From an uncultured virus (IMG/VR IMGVR_UViG_3300027241_000181) (taxonomy: Duplodnaviria > Heunggongvirae > Uroviricota > Caudoviricetes), in the IMG/VR virus record IMGVR_UViG_3300027241_000181: a stretch of DNA of 55,250 nucleotides. One strand, 5' to 3'. A program made the translations under genes and the position numbers. A model generated the notes under the pieces. That model did not search any database. It was not told where the DNA came from and saw only the letters and a program-made list of their open reading frames with translations. Shown in pieces: positions 22,779 to 32,907 of the stretch. The number at the start of each line of letters is the position of its first letter. Position 1 is the first letter of the stretch.

Positions 22779-23487
22779 AGATCAGATTAAAAATATGCTG
22801 TTTCTAGACATTGAGACAACATCAGCGTGCGATACTATTGAAGAATACAACGCTCAGTTTCCAGGTGTCCAGGGTCACTGGGAAAAGAAACTGGGCTATA
22901 TCAGGAAGGATAAAGCAGAGTATGTTGACATGGAAGCCGGTGAGGTCTATCAATTAGATTCGGCCCTGTACCCGGAGTTTGGTAAAGTCATCGTGGTATC
23001 GATTGGTCAGGTTGTTTTCGATGACTTCGATAAGCCTCAATTCAAGGTTAAATCGTTCTATGGCGACAATGAGAAAGACGTTCTAGAGCAACTTATGGCT
23101 GCTCTATCGGCCTTATTCAGACGTGCTCCAGGGTTGAAGCTAGTTGGACATAATGTTAAAGGATTTGACGCTCCATTCTTGATTCGTCGATCTCTAATCA
23201 ACAAGGTTACGGTTCCTCCTCAACTTCACCTTCAAAACGTTAAACCCTGGGAGAACTGTCTTCTCGATACGGCAGAGATTTGGAAGTTTGGTTCTTGGAA
23301 CGGTGCTTCACTGGCTCTGATCTGTGATTTACTGGGTATCCCTTCACCTAAGGAGAACATGTATGGCGGTGAAGTTGCTCGAGCTTATTGGCAAGGTCGA
23401 CTAGAAGAGATCAAGGACTACTGTGAAGGTGACGTTCGAGCCACTGCAAATGTCATTTTATCAATGGGTCAGTACGAATTAGTGTAA
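22768..23487 (+). CDS. DnaQ-like 3'-5' exonuclease
   Basis: LFLDIET (ExoI), GHNVKGFD (ExoII), YCEGD (ExoIII). Confidence 0.85.
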   Translation: MYSKDQIKNMLFLDIETTSACDTIEEYNAQFPGVQGHWEKKLGYIRKDKAEYVDMEAGEVYQLDSALYPEFGKVIVVSIGQVVFDDFDKPQFKVKSFYGDNEKDVLEQLMAALSALFRRAPGLKLVGHNVKGFDAPFLIRRSLINKVTVPPQLHLQNVKPWENCLLDTAEIWKFGSWNGASLALICDLLGIPSPKENMYGGEVARAYWQGRLEEIKDYCEGDVRATANVILSMGQYELV

Positions 23488-23544
23488 TAGAAATGAGAAT
23501 TACAGAAATTACTCCAAATGAAGAGATCATGTAAGTTTTTTTAG

Positions 23545-23578
23545 TCCGGGTTGAAAAAAGTTCAACCCGGATTTTTTT
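23545..23578 (+). terminator. intrinsic terminator
   Basis: TCCGGGTTGAA-AAAAG-TTCAACCCGGA followed by T7. Confidence 0.75.
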
Positions 23579-23625
23579 ATCTCGGGTTTTTGTTGTATAT
23601 TAGCCTTATAATTAAAAGAAGATCT

Positions 23626-23937
23626 ATGAAGATGTTTAAAAAAGACGGTAAGACCGCGGTTTTAGTAAGCCCACCATTCGGCGCTGGATTTAGCACTTGG
23701 AATTCTCCAGAAATGGCAATTGACTTTGATTTGATTGACGCATTCCTCGCAGGTGATATTTCTCGATTTGAATACATTCTCACTGAAAAATACGATAATG
23801 AAGGTAGCTTATACTTTACAGGCTTTGAAAAACTTCATGTTGTGTGGGTTGAAGAAGGACAAAAGTTTCGAATTAACGAATACGATGGTTCCGAAAATGT
23901 AGAAGTGTTTAACGAAGCCGATTGGTTTGTAGCATGA
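23626..23937 (+). CDS. hypothetical phage protein
   Basis: AVLVSP.FGAGFSTWN...FRINEYDGSE pattern; ATG 23626 follows TATATTAG. Confidence 0.65.
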   Translation: MKMFKKDGKTAVLVSPPFGAGFSTWNSPEMAIDFDLIDAFLAGDISRFEYILTEKYDNEGSLYFTGFEKLHVVWVEEGQKFRINEYDGSENVEVFNEADWFVA

Positions 23938-24152
23938 TCGAGATTGTAGGTTATATTGCAACGTTCTTGGTGATGATGTCTTTTGTAATGAAGGATGTCA
24001 CTCGCCTTCGAATCATTAATGCAATTGGATGCACAGCGTGGATAGCGTATGGTGTAATGTTGGAATCCAATCCGGTTATCATCACTAACATTGGCATCCT
24101 AGCCATTAATGGCGGACATCTTTTAAGAACTTTTTTGAAAAACAGGGTATAA
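23934..24152 (+). CDS. small inner-membrane protein (YgjV-like)
   Basis: EIVGYIA...SF.MK....LRIINAIGC..WIAYG.....PVIITN; three hydrophobic segments. Confidence 0.65.
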   Translation: MIEIVGYIATFLVMMSFVMKDVTRLRIINAIGCTAWIAYGVMLESNPVIITNIGILAINGGHLLRTFLKNRV

Positions 24153-24171
24153 TAAATTTAAACACAATAAA

Positions 24172-24399
24172 ATGGGAAAAGGAACAATTGGCCAAAGCCA
24201 CACCGATCGAGCAGCTGACAAGATGGACAAGTTCATGAGCAAGAACAAAACCAAAGCACCAAAGTTGCGCACCTTACTTGAACAATTCCAGGACATGTAT
24301 CCTAATACATGGCGTCAAGAACTTGAAAAGACTCGTAATGAGCCAAAACCATGGGATCCTGACTTTAAAAAGAAAGGTCCATGGACATCTGAAAAATAA
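24172..24399 (+). CDS. hypothetical protein
   Basis: 75-aa ORF after a TATAAT motif. Confidence 0.55.
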   Translation: MGKGTIGQSHTDRAADKMDKFMSKNKTKAPKLRTLLEQFQDMYPNTWRQELEKTRNEPKPWDPDFKKKGPWTSEK

Positions 24400-24458
24400 G
24401 TTGAAACTTTTTCATGGAAGAGTTTCGTTCTCACCTAGGAAAATTCAATATATAAGAT

Positions 24459-24770
24459 ATGTTTGAAGATCAAGACGATTTCGATTTTAACGACAGTGGT
24501 TCACAGAATATTGACCACATCATTCAAAACTGGCAGCGCATGATGATGCGTCGCCTGGTTGAAGAGAACTTTGAAAAGTTGTCAAACCAGGGTATTGATG
24601 GTGAGCAGGTAAAGATGTGGGACAAGATTCAGATTGAAACCCTGATTGAAACTTTTAACTACATGATTTCCGAGTTCGAAGAAGAGGAAGAGTACGAAAA
24701 GTGTGCTGTTCTAACTCAAGCTCGTCAAGCACTAATTGATCGACGAGCCTTTCAACCTCAGAATATATAA
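24459..24770 (+). CDS. hypothetical protein with C-terminal UVR-like motif
   Basis: EEEEEYEKCAVL. Confidence 0.6.
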   Translation: MFEDQDDFDFNDSGSQNIDHIIQNWQRMMMRRLVEENFEKLSNQGIDGEQVKMWDKIQIETLIETFNYMISEFEEEEEYEKCAVLTQARQALIDRRAFQPQNI

Positions 24771-24773
24771 GGT

Positions 24774-24923
24774 ATGAAACACCAAGACCCTCGTTTAGAA
24801 AGAATCCGCCTTTATCAGGGCTCAATCAAAGATCTTACTGATTTCATTAAATCAAAGGAAGCTGAAACAAAGGCCGCACAGGGATCTATAAATCCAAATA
24901 GCAACCTAAAAGATCAGCAATGA
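24774..24923 (+). CDS. small hypothetical protein (49 aa)
   Basis: MKHQDPRLERIRLYQG...; fills the gap and overlaps the next ORF by ATGA. Confidence 0.45.
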   Translation: MKHQDPRLERIRLYQGSIKDLTDFIKSKEAETKAAQGSINPNSNLKDQQ

Positions 24924-25099
24924 ATGATGAAATGTTAATGATTCTAGAGCGAATTGCTTCAGCGCTAGAACGTCAAAATCAGTTGATGGAAAATCAAGAG
25001 TTGCGCCAGCGTAAGTTGGACCGTGCAACTTATGAGAACCTGAAAGTTGACGCCAAGAAAGTCATCAAGTCAAGTCCTATTATTAATAAAGAAGGATGA
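24920..25099 (+). CDS. small hypothetical protein (59 aa)
   Basis: [21 protein letters not shown]...; ATGA overlaps on both sides. Confidence 0.55.
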   Translation: MNDEMLMILERIASALERQNQLMENQELRQRKLDRATYENLKVDAKKVIKSSPIINKEG

Positions 25100-25917
25100 C
25101 CCTATATGACGTTTTAGGGGTCACTCAGCATGCTGATAAGGAAACAATCAAAAAAGCGTATCGGGACCTTGCTAAAAAGTATCATCCTGATGCGAATCAA
25201 GGGGATACTACAGCTGAGGAAAAGTTTAAAGAAATTTCAACAGCTTATTCAACTCTCAGCGATGATACCGAACGCATCAAATACGATGCCAGTCTGGTTA
25301 ATCCATTCATGGGCCAAAATGGATTTGGCGCAGATGGTAATTTCTCTGACTTATTCAATCAATTCTTTGGAGGTGATCCTCGCCAACGTCGAGGACAGGA
25401 CATTCGAGTTACAATGACTCTACCGTTTGAAGATGCGTTCAAAGGAGGAATGAGAACCATTAACATTAATGGTCAAAACATTGACGTTCGATTGATTCCA
25501 GGTATTAAGACTGGCATGAAGTTCAAACTTCCTGGCAAAGGCCAAATCAATCCATATAACCCAACGGCTGGTCCTGGAGACCTGATTGTTGAGTTTGAAG
25601 TCCTAATGAATTCGCGCTTCATCCTACGAGGTGATGATATTTACATCGGTTATGACATACCATGGTGGGACCTTGTAGTTGGTACAAAAATTCAAGTTGA
25701 CACCATGGATGGAAGATCTATTAAGGTTTCCGTTCCAGTCAATAGTTTTCACGGTAAGACTTTAAGAATTAAAGATCATGGGTGGCCAATATATAATACA
25801 AATCAACGCGGTTCCATGATGATTCAATTAAATGCTTCTTACCCGAATCTGAATCAACAACAAATCGAAGAGGTTCAAAAAATGAAGGATAAAATCAATG
25901 AATTGGAAGGACGGTGA
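25096..25917 (+). CDS. DnaJ-class (CbpA-like, no zinc finger) co-chaperone
   Basis: YDVLGV...[16 protein letters not shown]-domain, G/F region, DnaJ C-terminal domain. Confidence 0.9.
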   Translation: MTLYDVLGVTQHADKETIKKAYRDLAKKYHPDANQGDTTAEEKFKEISTAYSTLSDDTERIKYDASLVNPFMGQNGFGADGNFSDLFNQFFGGDPRQRRGQDIRVTMTLPFEDAFKGGMRTININGQNIDVRLIPGIKTGMKFKLPGKGQINPYNPTAGPGDLIVEFEVLMNSRFILRGDDIYIGYDIPWWDLVVGTKIQVDTMDGRSIKVSVPVNSFHGKTLRIKDHGWPIYNTNQRGSMMIQLNASYPNLNQQQIEEVQKMKDKINELEGR

Positions 25918-26149
25918 TAGTGCGGGTTTCTTTTCGTATTTGATGGACCTATCGACGGTCTCAAAAGATGCGATGTACCAAGCCCTATATAATACCCTGA
26001 TTGAAAATCACGAGAAAATCCTAAATCAAAATAACGTTCCACGTCAAGAAGTTGAAAACGCTTTAGACAACTTAATCCAGTGGTTCGAACAAAAAGAAAG
26101 ATACGAACAGTGTCAAAAAATAAAACAGATTAAAGAATGCTTAAGATAG
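25898..26149 (+). CDS. hypothetical protein with C-terminal UVR-like motif
   Basis: [13 protein letters not shown]. Confidence 0.6.
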   Translation: MNWKDGDSAGFFSYLMDLSTVSKDAMYQALYNTLIENHEKILNQNNVPRQEVENALDNLIQWFEQKERYEQCQKIKQIKECLR

Positions 26150-26331
26150 ACGTTAAAAACGGTAACATCGAACAAGCTCTTAAGAAATACAAGTCAAAGG
26201 TCATTAAGACCCGTCAGTTGAAAAGTCTTCGTGAAAAACAAGACTACATCAAGCCAACGACTGAAAGACGTATTAAGAAGCTTAAGATAAAGAAAACCCA
26301 ACAGTGGTTAAAGAATAACGGACAATTGTAA
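26137..26331 (+). CDS. rpsU: ribosomal protein bS21
   Basis: [22 protein letters not shown].....L..LRE...Y.KPT..RR matches the S21 pattern. Confidence 0.85.
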   Translation: MLKIDVKNGNIEQALKKYKSKVIKTRQLKSLREKQDYIKPTTERRIKKLKIKKTQQWLKNNGQL

Positions 26332-26421
26332 TATCTTATTTAAAGTTTGAATTTGGCAACCGTATCACTTGATACAAAATATATACCATAACACACAAAT
26401 TCAAACAAAGAGGAGAACACA

Positions 26422-26682
26422 ATGTCATTCGAGATTTCAAACGAGGAGAAAGACTCTCTGATGAGAGCAGCATATTATACCTTGACTCGTAATTTCACCA
26501 AGACAGTCAACAGGTTTGTTGTATTTAAGGACGGAGAGAATGTCGTTGAAATCCCTCATGGCATTGGTCAAAGATCTAAGTTTATCGATGTATTGGTGAA
26601 TTATTTTGAAGATCTTGAAGAATATGAGAAATGTGACAAGCTTGTAAAACTGAAGGAACTGGTCATAATGGCCGGTGACTAA
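26422..26682 (+). CDS. hypothetical protein with C-terminal UVR-like motif
   Basis: YFEDLEEYEKCDKL. Confidence 0.6.
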   Translation: MSFEISNEEKDSLMRAAYYTLTRNFTKTVNRFVVFKDGENVVEIPHGIGQRSKFIDVLVNYFEDLEEYEKCDKLVKLKELVIMAGD

Positions 26683-26696
26683 ACAAAGTACATAAA

Positions 26697-27389
26697 ATGG
26701 CAGAACGAAACGGTCAATCCAGCCGCAGAGTTTTTGACGGAACAAGCCTTAAGGGAGTTCAACTTCGTCAAACTCAGCAACAATACTTACATACCATTAA
26801 CGATAATCAAATTACATTCTGTTACGGTCCAGCCGGAACATCAAAAACTTACACGGCATGTTATGCCGCTCTAAAAATGTTGGAAGCAAAGGAGATTGAA
26901 AGGGTCATTCTTTGTAAGCCAATTCAGGAAGCCGGCGAAAAGCTTGGTTTTCTTCCAGGTGAGGTAGACGAAAAGATCGCTCCTTACATTCAATCTTATA
27001 AGTCAAACATTGAAAAGATCATTGGGCCTGAAAAGACCAAGATCATGTTTGAAAAGAAAATCTTTGACTTTGAACCCTTAGCGTACATGAGAGGTAACAC
27101 CTACGATAATGCGCTGATGATTCTAGATGAGGCCCAAAACGCCGATTACAAACAGTTGATGCTATTTGTTACTCGTATGGGTAAAGATTCTAAAGTTGTG
27201 GTTGCAGGCGATGTTTCTCAACATGACATTATTAAGTCAAAGGTTTCTCTACCTTCATTCATGGATATGCTAAGAGGAATCAAAGGTGTTGGTTTTCATG
27301 TGTTCGGCGAAAAAGATATTGTTCGCGCTAAAATTCTACAAGAGATCGTTAACAAGTACGACAAGTGGAAAGTCGACAATAACAAGTAA
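26697..27389 (+). CDS. phoH: PhoH-family ATPase
   Basis: GPAGTSKT, GEKLGFLPG, LAYMRG, ILDEAQN, GD.SQ.D. Confidence 0.92.
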   Translation: MAERNGQSSRRVFDGTSLKGVQLRQTQQQYLHTINDNQITFCYGPAGTSKTYTACYAALKMLEAKEIERVILCKPIQEAGEKLGFLPGEVDEKIAPYIQSYKSNIEKIIGPEKTKIMFEKKIFDFEPLAYMRGNTYDNALMILDEAQNADYKQLMLFVTRMGKDSKVVVAGDVSQHDIIKSKVSLPSFMDMLRGIKGVGFHVFGEKDIVRAKILQEIVNKYDKWKVDNNK

Positions 27390-27430
27390 ACTTTTTACAT
27401 ATACGTTGTATAAGATCTAAATTATCTTAT

Positions 27431-28060
27431 ATGACTACCGGTAAGCACATTCTTTTAAAGTCCACCTACCATGAATCTGGTGTAGAGGTTGGAGTTGATG
27501 AAGCTGGTCGTGGGGCTCTTGCTGGTCCAGTGACAGTTGCAGCGTGTATCATGCCTCCAGGCTTTCAACATGAATTGATTCGAGATTCAAAATTGCTTAA
27601 TGAAGGTCAACGTGCCGAGGCACGTAAGATGGTCCTTGACAATGTCCTGGCGTATCATATCGAGCACATTTCAATCGAAGATATTGAGAACTATAACATC
27701 TTGAATGCTACCCTAAAAGGCATGGAAATCTGCCTGACAGAGGTTCACAAGAAGATTATGTTTGACTTTATCACCATTGACGGTGATCAGTTTCATGGTT
27801 TTCATGGAGTTCCTTTCGTTTGTGTAGTTGGCGGAGACAACAAATACGTTAACATTGCAGCTGCATCAATCTTGGCTAAAACTGAGCGAGACAACCTGAT
27901 GCGTGAGCTGTCAAAGGAAGAGCCCGAATACGGTTGGGCTTCAAACAAGGGTTACGGTTCTGCTCAGCATCGTAATGCCATTGTATCTGAAGGTGCTAGC
28001 AAGCACCACCGTATGTCATTCATCAGTCACATGTTGACTACAACCTCTTCATTGTTTTGA
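27431..28060 (+). CDS. rnhB: ribonuclease HII
   Basis: GVDEAGRGALAGPV, DSK, IDG, GD....IAAASILAK..RD, NKGY. Confidence 0.93.
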   Translation: MTTGKHILLKSTYHESGVEVGVDEAGRGALAGPVTVAACIMPPGFQHELIRDSKLLNEGQRAEARKMVLDNVLAYHIEHISIEDIENYNILNATLKGMEICLTEVHKKIMFDFITIDGDQFHGFHGVPFVCVVGGDNKYVNIAAASILAKTERDNLMRELSKEEPEYGWASNKGYGSAQHRNAIVSEGASKHHRMSFISHMLTTTSSLF

Positions 28061-28401
28061 AGCTGTTCTGGGGTTTCTTGTTGTTCATGTTAGGCCAATC
28101 GTTGATTTGGATTCAAACTAATGGTCAATTCATTTGGCCCTGGTTTAAGAAGCATCCAATTGCGGTTTCAATTATCACAGGTTCAGTCATTTCTTACATT
28201 GTCATTTACGCCACTCGAATGGTAGTTGAACACTTTGATGGAGTGTTGTGGCCTGGTCGATTCATTGGTTTTTCCAGCGGCATGATTGTGTTTGCACTAA
28301 TGACATGGGCATTTATGGGAGAAGGTGTTAATGTTAAGACTGGCATTTCATTGGTGCTAGCATTAGCGCTAATATTCGTTCAAATCTTTGTTAAGGCGTG
28401 A
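28057..28401 (+). CDS. small multi-pass membrane protein
   Basis: Four hydrophobic segments; TTG start overlapping the rnhB stop. Confidence 0.6.
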   Translation: MKLFWGFLLFMLGQSLIWIQTNGQFIWPWFKKHPIAVSIITGSVISYIVIYATRMVVEHFDGVLWPGRFIGFSSGMIVFALMTWAFMGEGVNVKTGISLVLALALIFVQIFVKA

Positions 28402-28610
28402 TAGATTTCCCTCAGAACTTCTTTTATGCTGGAGCACTTGCAACTGTAAGTAGATGGTTACGTCATCGCTCTAAAAAGAAGCATCCTGAAAAAGAACGAG
28501 TAGAGGTTCACCTACCCGAATGGTCTAAATTCCTGATCTATTGGGTTATTATGTACGTGTGGTGCGAATTTGTTGATGCTCTATTTTGGGTGCTGTTCCA
28601 CGTAAAATGA
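28398..28610 (+). CDS. small membrane protein
   Basis: Hydrophobic C-terminus; coupled ORF. Confidence 0.5.
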   Translation: MIDFPQNFFYAGALATVSRWLRHRSKKKHPEKERVEVHLPEWSKFLIYWVIMYVWCEFVDALFWVLFHVK

Positions 28611-28640
28611 AACAATTAAACCACAACAAATATAATCACC

Positions 28641-29444
28641 ATGCCAGAGTTAGCAGAGCTTAAAATCACCGCCGATTACATCAATGAGATGTGCGAAGGT
28701 CTTACCTTTCAGAGGATTGAAAAGAATCCTCAACACAAGGGTGAGAAGGTTGAAGTTCCATTTCATAAGTTTACCGTATCTGCCAAGAGCAGGGGTAAAG
28801 AATTAATGCTAACTCTGTCAGATGGCCTTTCAAGGGGTAATTCAACCACATTGCTAATGACAATGGGAATGAGCGGATACTTTAAGCTGGTTCCTCTGAA
28901 CGAGATCCCAAAACATGCACATCTAATCTTTTATGCACATGGTTCAGTTGCCTTGTGTTTTGTGGATGTTCGTCGATTTGGTAAGTGGAAGAAAACACTC
29001 AACTGGTCAGATAATCGAGGCCCAGATCCAACCGCAGATTACGAATCATTTTTTAAGAACATTGACCGTCACATCCTATCAAAGGAGTTTAAGAAGCCCA
29101 TTCACGAGGTGATGATGAATCAAAAGTACTTTAATGGCATTGGTAACTATCTTCGAGCAGAGATCCTGTATCGAGCTGATGTGAATCCATTCCTTTCAAC
29201 TAAGGATGCAATTGAACAGGGGCCCGAAATTCTGGAATTGTGTCGAAGAATACCCTTAGAAGCCTATAAACTCGGAGGAGGTTCAATCAAAGACTGGGAG
29301 AACCCTTACAACATTCAACCCCAAAACTGGGACGAGTTTATGCTATGTTATGGAAATCCAGCAATGGATAACATCATAGACAGGAACGGTCGTAGATTCT
29401 GGTTTAATCCAAAATGGTCAAAACAACATGAGCACATATCATAA
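28641..29444 (+). CDS. Fpg/Nei-family DNA glycosylase (NEIL1-like, no zinc finger)
   Basis: N-terminal MPELAE, RGKEL, MGMSG, D.RRFG, H2TH NQKYFNGIGNYLRAEILY; no C-terminal CxxC pairs. Confidence 0.88.
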   Translation: MPELAELKITADYINEMCEGLTFQRIEKNPQHKGEKVEVPFHKFTVSAKSRGKELMLTLSDGLSRGNSTTLLMTMGMSGYFKLVPLNEIPKHAHLIFYAHGSVALCFVDVRRFGKWKKTLNWSDNRGPDPTADYESFFKNIDRHILSKEFKKPIHEVMMNQKYFNGIGNYLRAEILYRADVNPFLSTKDAIEQGPEILELCRRIPLEAYKLGGGSIKDWENPYNIQPQNWDEFMLCYGNPAMDNIIDRNGRRFWFNPKWSKQHEHIS

Positions 29445-30033
29445 ATGGCGCACAGTCTTTGTGCAAATCCCAAAGAACGCCTCAACTTCAATTCATTCGG
29501 TTTTAAGCAATCCAACGGATTGCGATAACCATGAACATGAAATGTACATTGAAACTCTATCTAAGAACGATCCTGAGCTGATTGAAAGTTACTTTTCTTT
29601 TGCATGTGTTCGAAACCCATACGATCGATTTGTATCTAACTTTGAGTATTATCGAGATCCAGATAATGATTATAGATGGTCTGTTGAATTTGAAGATGTG
29701 GTTAAGATGTTTTATGAAAGAGGCAGATTCTTTTATACCACTGAAAATAGACACTGGTGGCCTCAAGCCCGTTTCATTGCCATCAAAAAGAACATATTAG
29801 TTGATAAAATTATTAGGTTTGAAACCCTAGATAAAGAATGGCCAGAAATAGTTGATGAAATTAAAAACAACATTCCTGAAGGATTTTCAACACCTGCTAG
29901 ATCAATGTGCAAATCTAACATAACACTACATCGAGAAGGAAGACACTGGGAAGAGTATTACACACCAGAAACCAAGAAAATGGTTTACGAATTATACAAA
30001 AGAGATTTTGAAACGTTTAATTACGAAAAATGA
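29428..30033 (+). CDS. sulfotransferase family 2 protein
   Basis: FVQIPKNASTSI, VRNPYDRFVS, H..PQ, RFE.L, LYKRDFETFNY. Confidence 0.85.
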   Translation: MSTYHKWRTVFVQIPKNASTSIHSVLSNPTDCDNHEHEMYIETLSKNDPELIESYFSFACVRNPYDRFVSNFEYYRDPDNDYRWSVEFEDVVKMFYERGRFFYTTENRHWWPQARFIAIKKNILVDKIIRFETLDKEWPEIVDEIKNNIPEGFSTPARSMCKSNITLHREGRHWEEYYTPETKKMVYELYKRDFETFNYEK

Positions 30034-30476
30034 TAGAAGGAGATAAGAAATACGACATTGTAGTTGTAAGTGGTGGATTTGACCCAGTTCATAAGGGTCA
30101 CGTCCGAATGTTTAACACTGCCAAAGAGATTGGTCATAAAGTAATTGCGGGAGCTAATTCAGACGGTTGGTTGGTTCGCAAGAAGGGTAAAGCTTTCATG
30201 AATTTTGCAGAACGAGCAGAGATCTTACGATCTTTTCGTTCGATCGATGAAGTGATGGCGTTTAACGACGATGATGATTCAGCAATCAATCTATTAGTTC
30301 GAGTTCAAACGATGTATCCTGAGTGTACGATTGCATTTGCAAACGGAGGTGATAGAGTTAAAAATAACACTCCAGAATCAGGATTCTGCTCGGCTTATAA
30401 GATCGATATGTTGTGGAACATTGGAGGTGAAAAGATTCAATCTTCATCTGACTTAATTAATGCAGCTAAAGATTAA
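30030..30476 (+). CDS. cytidylyltransferase-like nucleotidyltransferase
   Basis: SGGFDPVHKGH, NSD, FANGGDR, KIQSSS. Confidence 0.85.
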   Translation: MIEGDKKYDIVVVSGGFDPVHKGHVRMFNTAKEIGHKVIAGANSDGWLVRKKGKAFMNFAERAEILRSFRSIDEVMAFNDDDDSAINLLVRVQTMYPECTIAFANGGDRVKNNTPESGFCSAYKIDMLWNIGGEKIQSSSDLINAAKD

Positions 30477-30507
30477 ACAAAACACCCATCAATGGGTATA
30501 ATTTAAG

Positions 30508-31392
30508 ATGAAAGTATTAGTAACAGGTGGTTCAGGTTTTGTGGGTTCAAACCTAATCAAGGCACTTTTAAAGAAGTATAAAGACATTCAGATTCAATCT
30601 GTAGACAACTATATGAGTGGATCTAAATCAAATGAAGTTAACGATTCTCGTGTAACATACTTTGATATTTCAACATATAGATTACTGAACGATAGAGAAC
30701 GGCAGTATTGGTTAGATCAAAAGTTTGATGTGGTGTTTCACTTTGGTGAGTTTGCACGTATTGATGTATCTTTTGACCAACCTGAACAGGTGTGGGAATC
30801 TAACCTTGATGGAACCACTCAAATCCTTGAACTGTGTCGTCACTGGGGAGCTAAGTTGATCTATTCAGCTTCAAGCTCAAAGTTTGGTCGTAACGGTTCA
30901 CTTGAAAACCTTTCACCTTACGCTTGGTCAAAGGCTAAGATGGTCGAACTAATCAAGAACTACGCCGAATGGTACGGTCTTCGATACGAGATCTGTTACT
31001 TCTTTAACGTATACGGCAAGGGTCAAATCGAGAAAGGTCCTTACGCTACCGTCGTTGGAATCTTTGAACGACTTCGCCGTGAAGGTAAAGAACTAACTGT
31101 AACTGAACCCGGAACTCAAACTCGAGATTTCACCCACATTGATGACATCGTATCAGGTTTGATCGCAGCTTATGAAAACGGTAATCAAGGAGAATGGTTC
31201 CTTCGCAGAGGTCAACCTTACACGATTGTTGAACTTGCACAGATGTTTGAATCTGACTGGAAGTTTATTCCTGAAAAAAGAGGTGAACGTAAGGAAGCGA
31301 TTGAGATTCCGAACAATACAACCGAAACTTTAGGTTGGCAAGCAACACAAGATCTGAAACAATATATCCAAACTGAGGTATTAAATAAATGA
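30508..31392 (+). CDS. NAD-dependent epimerase/dehydratase
   Basis: VTGGSGFVG, SSS, YAWSK (YxxxK), FNVYG, RDFTHIDD. Confidence 0.88.
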   Translation: MKVLVTGGSGFVGSNLIKALLKKYKDIQIQSVDNYMSGSKSNEVNDSRVTYFDISTYRLLNDRERQYWLDQKFDVVFHFGEFARIDVSFDQPEQVWESNLDGTTQILELCRHWGAKLIYSASSSKFGRNGSLENLSPYAWSKAKMVELIKNYAEWYGLRYEICYFFNVYGKGQIEKGPYATVVGIFERLRREGKELTVTEPGTQTRDFTHIDDIVSGLIAAYENGNQGEWFLRRGQPYTIVELAQMFESDWKFIPEKRGERKEAIEIPNNTTETLGWQATQDLKQYIQTEVLNK

Positions 31393-31862
31393 AACTCGTT
31401 TTAGTAGGTAAAGCAGCTGCAGGTAAAGACCACCTTAGAAAGCGTTTGATTGAACGTGGATTTAAGTTTGGTGTTTCTTGTACCACTCGTCCTCCTCGAG
31501 TAGGAGAACAAAATGGTAAAGACTATTTCTTTTTGACTGAAGATCAGTTCTTAGGGCTGATTAACACAGGTGACATGATCGAGTACCAACAATTTAACGG
31601 TTGGTTTTACGGTTTAACTCGTGAAGAATTTGAGAATAGCGAGGTTATCATCCTAAACCGTGAAGCGGTCGATATGCTACCTGAAGAAATCAGACTTAAG
31701 TGTATGGTTATGTTTCTTGATATTGATAGGGACACCCGTCTTGAAAGAATGAAAGAACGAAACGATACAGTTGATAGCTTAGAGCGTAGAATTAATGCCG
31801 ATGAGCAACAATATGTTGGTTTCGAAAATTTTGATGTCCGTGTAACAAATCCGGACTTTTGA
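31389..31862 (+). CDS. gmk: guanylate kinase-like protein
   Basis: GKAAAGKD P-loop; VSCTTRPPR.GE.NGKDYFF; WFYG. Confidence 0.8.
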   Translation: MKLVLVGKAAAGKDHLRKRLIERGFKFGVSCTTRPPRVGEQNGKDYFFLTEDQFLGLINTGDMIEYQQFNGWFYGLTREEFENSEVIILNREAVDMLPEEIRLKCMVMFLDIDRDTRLERMKERNDTVDSLERRINADEQQYVGFENFDVRVTNPDF

Positions 31863-31886
31863 TATATAAAATCTAAATCACTTAAC

Positions 31887-32414
31887 ATGCAAGACTTAAA
31901 ATCACAAATCCAAGAACTAGAGAAGAAGACAACTGATCTTCAGGTAGAAATTGCAAACCACGAGTTTGAACTAAATTTTGAAGATTATTCACACGTATCC
32001 AAAATTCTTCAACACATCGATAAAGATTACCAGTGGGAATCTAAAAACGCAGCTTTAGCAGTTTACGTATATGATAAACTGAAGGAGCAATACAAAGCAT
32101 CAAAGGCAACTCAAACATCTGACGAAGATGCTTTTTCAATCATGATGAGATCAACTGAGTTGACAGGCCTTTACAATATCCTTCTAAACATTTCAGGAAC
32201 GGGTGTTGAAAAAGCACGTTCTTTCACCCGTCTATTGACCAACGTCGGCCAGCAGGTCACATCGGCACTAGATCAATTGGCTGAAAGAAACGCAGAAGTT
32301 AGAGAACTTCACGCACAATTACAGGAACTTGAGCAACAATTGCAAGAGTCCGAATTTAATCTTTCAACCAATGAAGATAGCGAGCAAATCGAAGAAGAGG
32401 TTACAAATTCTTGA
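31887..32414 (+). CDS. hypothetical coiled-coil protein
   Basis: 175 aa with heptad-rich termini; GATATATA motif upstream. Confidence 0.6.
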   Translation: MQDLKSQIQELEKKTTDLQVEIANHEFELNFEDYSHVSKILQHIDKDYQWESKNAALAVYVYDKLKEQYKASKATQTSDEDAFSIMMRSTELTGLYNILLNISGTGVEKARSFTRLLTNVGQQVTSALDQLAERNAEVRELHAQLQELEQQLQESEFNLSTNEDSEQIEEEVTNS

Positions 32415-32907
32415 TGCGCTGTGTGAGGGAATCACACATGACGAGATATTTGGAACTATCGACTACAAGAAACAGAACGAAGATAAGATCAAACAGTTCA
32501 TGTATCCTCACATAGTTGAGGCCATGACTCAATACTTGATCGATAGCGAGGCCATTGGCCGCAATGAGGCCAAGGACAAGGTTAAGAAAGCTTTGAAATG
32601 GGAGGGTAACGTTAATACTACCGTTCACAACATCGTTTTCATGGGCACTCAAAACCGCCCAGACATGGTCTTTGAATTTGGCGATCTTCGCATCGCGATT
32701 GAAGTTAAGAGAGGAGCTTCAGGCTCGGATCTTAGATCTGGCATCGGTCAGTCAATGATCTATGCAACTCATTATGACTTCGTGATCTGTTTGTTTATTG
32801 ATACATCAGAAGACAAAAGAGTTCATAACGCAAGATCTGGTTCGAATGAATACCATTTCATGGATACTTTGTGGAAGAATTATAACATCAAATTCATCAC
32901 CATTTAA
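32371..32907 (+). CDS. PD-(D/E)xK nuclease-like protein
   Basis: RPDMVFEFGDLRIAIEVK...GIGQ..IY; ATG at 32371. Confidence 0.6.
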   Translation: MKIASKSKKRLQILDALCEGITHDEIFGTIDYKKQNEDKIKQFMYPHIVEAMTQYLIDSEAIGRNEAKDKVKKALKWEGNVNTTVHNIVFMGTQNRPDMVFEFGDLRIAIEVKRGASGSDLRSGIGQSMIYATHYDFVICLFIDTSEDKRVHNARSGSNEYHFMDTLWKNYNIKFITI

